The notes under the pieces were generated by a model. The model did no database searches, had not been told where the DNA came from, and saw nothing but the letters and a program-made list of their open reading frames with translations. Made by a program: the position numbers and the translations under genes. This document shows, piece by piece, positions 29,365 to 32,000 of a DNA stretch of 32,000 nt (its first letter is position 1; every line of letters begins with the position of its first letter). Source of the DNA: Acidimicrobiales bacterium (GTDB lineage Bacteria > Actinomycetota > Acidimicrobiia > Acidimicrobiales > Aldehydirespiratoraceae); assembly GCA_963662645.2 (NCBI GenBank), contig OY759762.1, forward strand, positions 1,802,004 to 1,834,003. Direction: 5' to 3'.

Positions 29365-30162
29365 TCAGCCACCGTGCTCACCGCCGGCCGGCTCGCCGGA
29401 CTCCTCGTGAGTCTCGTCTTCGTGATGCCCGAAGTCCCGCTCGCCGGCCACTGCGGCCAGCACCCCGCCCACCAGGAGCAGCAGCGCGGCCACCGTCCCC
29501 AGGACTCGGATGAGGCGACGACCGAGTCCGGGCCGGGCCGCGTAGACCCAGGCGCCGCCCAGTATGAGGGCGGACACCACGCCGGCCACGGCCACCGCCT
29601 CCATCTGCGACACCGTCAAGAGGATCCGCGAGGCTGCCAGCACGATCACGCCGACCGCCAGCGCACCGACGACGGGGATCTCGATGGGGGCCATGATCCG
29701 GTTGCGCAGCTCGCGGTTGGCCGCGGCGTCGCCGGTGGCGCGGTCGGCCCATGCGTCCATGGTCCACTCCACCAGCGACAGGGTGACCAGGGCCAGGCCG
29801 AGCACGAAGACCATCGGATGCAGCACCAGCCCTATAGCGGTCGCGCCCACGCCGAAGGAGGCGACCACCGGCCAGAAACTCGCAGCCACGGGCTGGTCGG
29901 TCATCACTTCGGCCAAGTTCTGAAGATGGGCCTGGGCGGCCGCGTCGGCGTCCCGGAACGACACCAGCACCAGACTGATAGTCAACGAGACCCCGGCCAG
30001 CGCCACCAGCAGGCCGTAGCCGATGTGGTCGCCGACACCGCCTTTCCATCCCAGCGACATCGGTCCGACGTGATCGCCGCCAGTGGTGTAGCCGTAGACG
30101 AGCGCGGCCGCGGTGAACGCTGCGAACAGTCCGAAGAAGAGCTTGAATCCGGTGGTGAACAT
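29365..30162 (-). CDS. polytopic membrane protein containing a CtaF-like two-helix hairpin
   Basis: 265 aa with about 7 hydrophobic helices. Residues 94-136 (ASFWPVVASFGVGATAIGLVLHPMVFVLGLALVTLSLVEWTMD) align without gaps to the CtaD C-terminal extension (PSFWPLAVAVGLPLIGYGLIFNLWLALIGALLTIASLYSWALE). Acidic, His-rich C-terminal tail. Confidence 0.6.
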   Translation of the reverse strand: MFTTGFKLFFGLFAAFTAAALVYGYTTGGDHVGPMSLGWKGGVGDHIGYGLLVALAGVSLTISLVLVSFRDADAAAQAHLQNLAEVMTDQPVAASFWPVVASFGVGATAIGLVLHPMVFVLGLALVTLSLVEWTMDAWADRATGDAAANRELRNRIMAPIEIPVVGALAVGVIVLAASRILLTVSQMEAVAVAGVVSALILGGAWVYAARPGLGRRLIRVLGTVAALLLLVGGVLAAVAGERDFGHHEDETHEESGEPAGGEHGG

Positions 30163-30178
30163 GCTCGCCTACTGGTCC

Positions 30179-30763
30179 CTACTTGGTGATGAAGAGGACG
30201 TACCAGACGAGGAAGTAGCACAGCACCAACATGTGCCAGTAGGCGGCCGAGGCCTGAACCCCGTGGGCCAGCTCCCGGCCGAAGGGCCCCATCAGCGAGC
30301 GGATGGTGGTCACCGCAATCATGGCCATCCCGCCCACAAGCATGGCGATGAACGAGCCCGTCACCGCGTAGAACAGCAGCTCGGCCCTCCCGCCGTCGAT
30401 TGCGAAGGCGGTGTCCTGGTACACGAACCAGAACTGGTTGACAACCGCCGCGCCGAACATCAGGGTGACTCCGAGCGCGATGAACCCGTGAGGCCGGTCG
30501 CCGGTCCGAGCGGCCTGCACCGCCCACTGAACGGTCACCATCGACAGCACCAGCGTCATCATCATCATCCCGGCCGGACCTAGCTCTACGCTGCCCTCCG
30601 GGAACCACTCCTGGCCGGTGGCCCGAGCCATCTGACGCTGCTGGACGTACAACGACACCAGCGCGGCGAAGGCCATGAAGGCCGCCCCGGTGGCCAGCAG
30701 GGCACCGACCACGACGGTGCGGGGCCGGGTCGCCTCCGCGGCGGGCAGAGCCGTCGTTCTCAC
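30179..30763 (-). CDS. divergent cytochrome oxidase subunit III-like membrane protein
   Basis: 194 aa with 5 hydrophobic helices. The C-terminus SAAYWHMLVLCYFLVWYVLFI parallels the YWHFVD..W motif of subunit III. The GTG start overlaps the upstream stop (GTGA, 30760-30763). Confidence 0.6.
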   Translation of the reverse strand: MRTTALPAAEATRPRTVVVGALLATGAAFMAFAALVSLYVQQRQMARATGQEWFPEGSVELGPAGMMMMTLVLSMVTVQWAVQAARTGDRPHGFIALGVTLMFGAAVVNQFWFVYQDTAFAIDGGRAELLFYAVTGSFIAMLVGGMAMIAVTTIRSLMGPFGRELAHGVQASAAYWHMLVLCYFLVWYVLFITK

Positions 30764-32000
30764 GGTGCCTCGCTCCGGGGCTCTGGCGTGCGCAGGGCGG
30801 AGACGGCCGCAGACACCGCCGCAGCCAACCCGGCCGACACCAGGACGGAACCAATGAAATTGACCAGGTTGAGCACCGTGTTGCCGTCCAGCGCGAGGGC
30901 CATGAGATCCGGGTCATCGACAATGAAACCTGAGATCAGATCGGAGATCACCAGCAGGCCGCCGCCGGCGCCCAGCAGCAGGATCGCGCCCCGGCCCACG
31001 ACTTGGGAGATGGGGCAGAACAACAGCTGATGCGACCAGTTCACGAGCGCGGCCACGCCGGCGATGAGACCGGCAGCAACAACGCCGTGGAACACGGCCC
31101 AGGTGGCGGTGGTCTCAAGCAGGTCGAGAGGCTCGATGACTCGCAGCGCACCCACCAGCGCCGCAGCACCCAGGAGCTTCAGGGCTGCACCGGCGCCCAC
31201 CATCCGGGCATCGAGGAGCCGGTCCCGCGTCTTCGAGCCCCGCAGCACCAACTCGGCAGCACCGCCGGCCAGCGCCACCACCGGCAAGACCGCGGCCAGG
31301 CCGAAGGCCACGTAGACCAGCCCGTCGCGGAGGTCTTGGGGAGCGGTGAAGTAGTCCTGTGACCAGCCGCCCACGGCCAGCAGTCCGAACAGGCCCACGA
31401 TGATGGTGACGGCCTCCGGGCGGCTGGAGCGGGCCCCGGTCGCGGCGCCGACCGCCTCAATGGCGATGCCGAGCACCGGCACGGCCATGATGTACACGGC
31501 GGGCTGCTCCACGAGCCAGTCGAGCTGGCGCCAGATGTCGGGGCTCTCGGCCCGGCCGAAGGCGATTGCCGGCCGGCCCCGCAAGTCCGCATAGATCACA
31601 ACGATGTTGGCGATGGCGACCGGCAGAGTGAACAGCCACACGGCTGCGGCCACGAGCATCGACCACGAGAAGGGCGGCACGTCCAGCAGGCTCATGCCCG
31701 TCTGGCGCAGCGAGATCACCGTAGTGGCCACAGACACCGCGCCCACAAGCAGCGCCACGATCACCATGCCGGTGCCGAGCAGCGTGAGCGCCATGGCGTC
31801 GCTCTCGTTGCCGGTCACGCCGTCGATGGCGCCCCAGCCCCCGCCCGCGAGCACCGACACCACGACGATGACCGCACCGATCAGCCAAGACCAGAACGAC
31901 GCCAGCGCGGCCCGGGGGAAGGCGAGATTGCCCGCCCCGACCTGGGACGGCACCACGGCCATGGCCACGCCGAGCAGCAGGGGCAGCACCACCAGCAACA
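30760..32000 (-). CDS. haem-copper oxidase subunit I paralogue lacking the CuB ligands (5' end beyond the window)
   Basis: Aligns without gaps to the CtaD in this window: GNLAFPRAALASFWSWL versus RDVAFPRLNALSFWIWL; WLVEQPAVYIMAVP versus WIFGHPEVYIIILP; GGWSQDYF versus GVWAHHMF. The reading frame is open to the window edge. Confidence 0.8.
   Translation of the reverse strand, partial: LLVVLPLLLGVAMAVVPSQVGAGNLAFPRAALASFWSWLIGAVIVVVSVLAGGGWGAIDGVTGNESDAMALTLLGTGMVIVALLVGAVSVATTVISLRQTGMSLLDVPPFSWSMLVAAAVWLFTLPVAIANIVVIYADLRGRPAIAFGRAESPDIWRQLDWLVEQPAVYIMAVPVLGIAIEAVGAATGARSSRPEAVTIIVGLFGLLAVGGWSQDYFTAPQDLRDGLVYVAFGLAAVLPVVALAGGAAELVLRGSKTRDRLLDARMVGAGAALKLLGAAALVGALRVIEPLDLLETTATWAVFHGVVAAGLIAGVAALVNWSHQLLFCPISQVVGRGAILLLGAGGGLLVISDLISGFIVDDPDLMALALDGNTVLNLVNFIGSVLVSAGLAAAVSAAVSALRTPEPRSEAP

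Noticed and set aside
25363-30189. Many long alternative-frame ORFs across the cox cluster (for example 25363..26307, 25874..27121, 26229..27695, 27167..28231, 28126..29022, 28470..29513, 29137..30189, 29378..30049)
   Set aside because: All overlap reading frames with canonical haem-copper oxidase motifs. Their translations are Arg/Gly/His/Pro-rich and lack hydrophobic helices.

Overview
High-GC window (I counted 67 G+C in 3001-3100) with actinobacterial-type gene content; the caa3-type oxidase suggests a non-mycobacterial lineage such as Acidimicrobiia, but that is a guess. Most of it is housekeeping: asd (partial), ask, dut, orn, an MBL hydrolase, TlpA/CcdA cytochrome c maturation genes, pdxH, serS, a KamA-family radical SAM gene, a flavin oxidoreductase, OsmC, an ERG6/SMT-like methyltransferase and a ctaG plus caa3 cytochrome oxidase cluster. 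Three things stand out. (1) About 8.5 kb (509-8922) lies between ask and asd, which are adjacent and co-transcribed in model actinobacteria. It holds a low-GC membrane-protein gene and a divergent operon of six genes whose start and stop codons overlap: an uncharacterised helical protein, an AAA+ ATPase with a degenerate first domain and a ClpB-D2-type second domain, an orphan NrdG-like radical SAM activase, a zinc-ribbon FHA protein, a PP2C phosphatase, and a Ser/Thr kinase with a multi-TM repeat-bearing tail. I do not recognise this combination as a named system; it is my best candidate for an undescribed phospho-regulated stress or conflict system. (2) An apparently intact IS1380-family element (10814-12441) has 14-bp inverted repeats and a 5-bp CTCAG target duplication that contains the dut stop codon. 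(3) Directly upstream of the caa3 operon sits a shadow set of oxidase-subunit paralogues (subunit I-like, III-like and a CtaF-like hairpin protein). The subunit I paralogue has lost all three CuB histidines. Several short intergenic duplications and repeat sets are also listed. I saw no rRNA, tRNA or CRISPR array. All homology calls come from motif recognition by eye; no searches were run.
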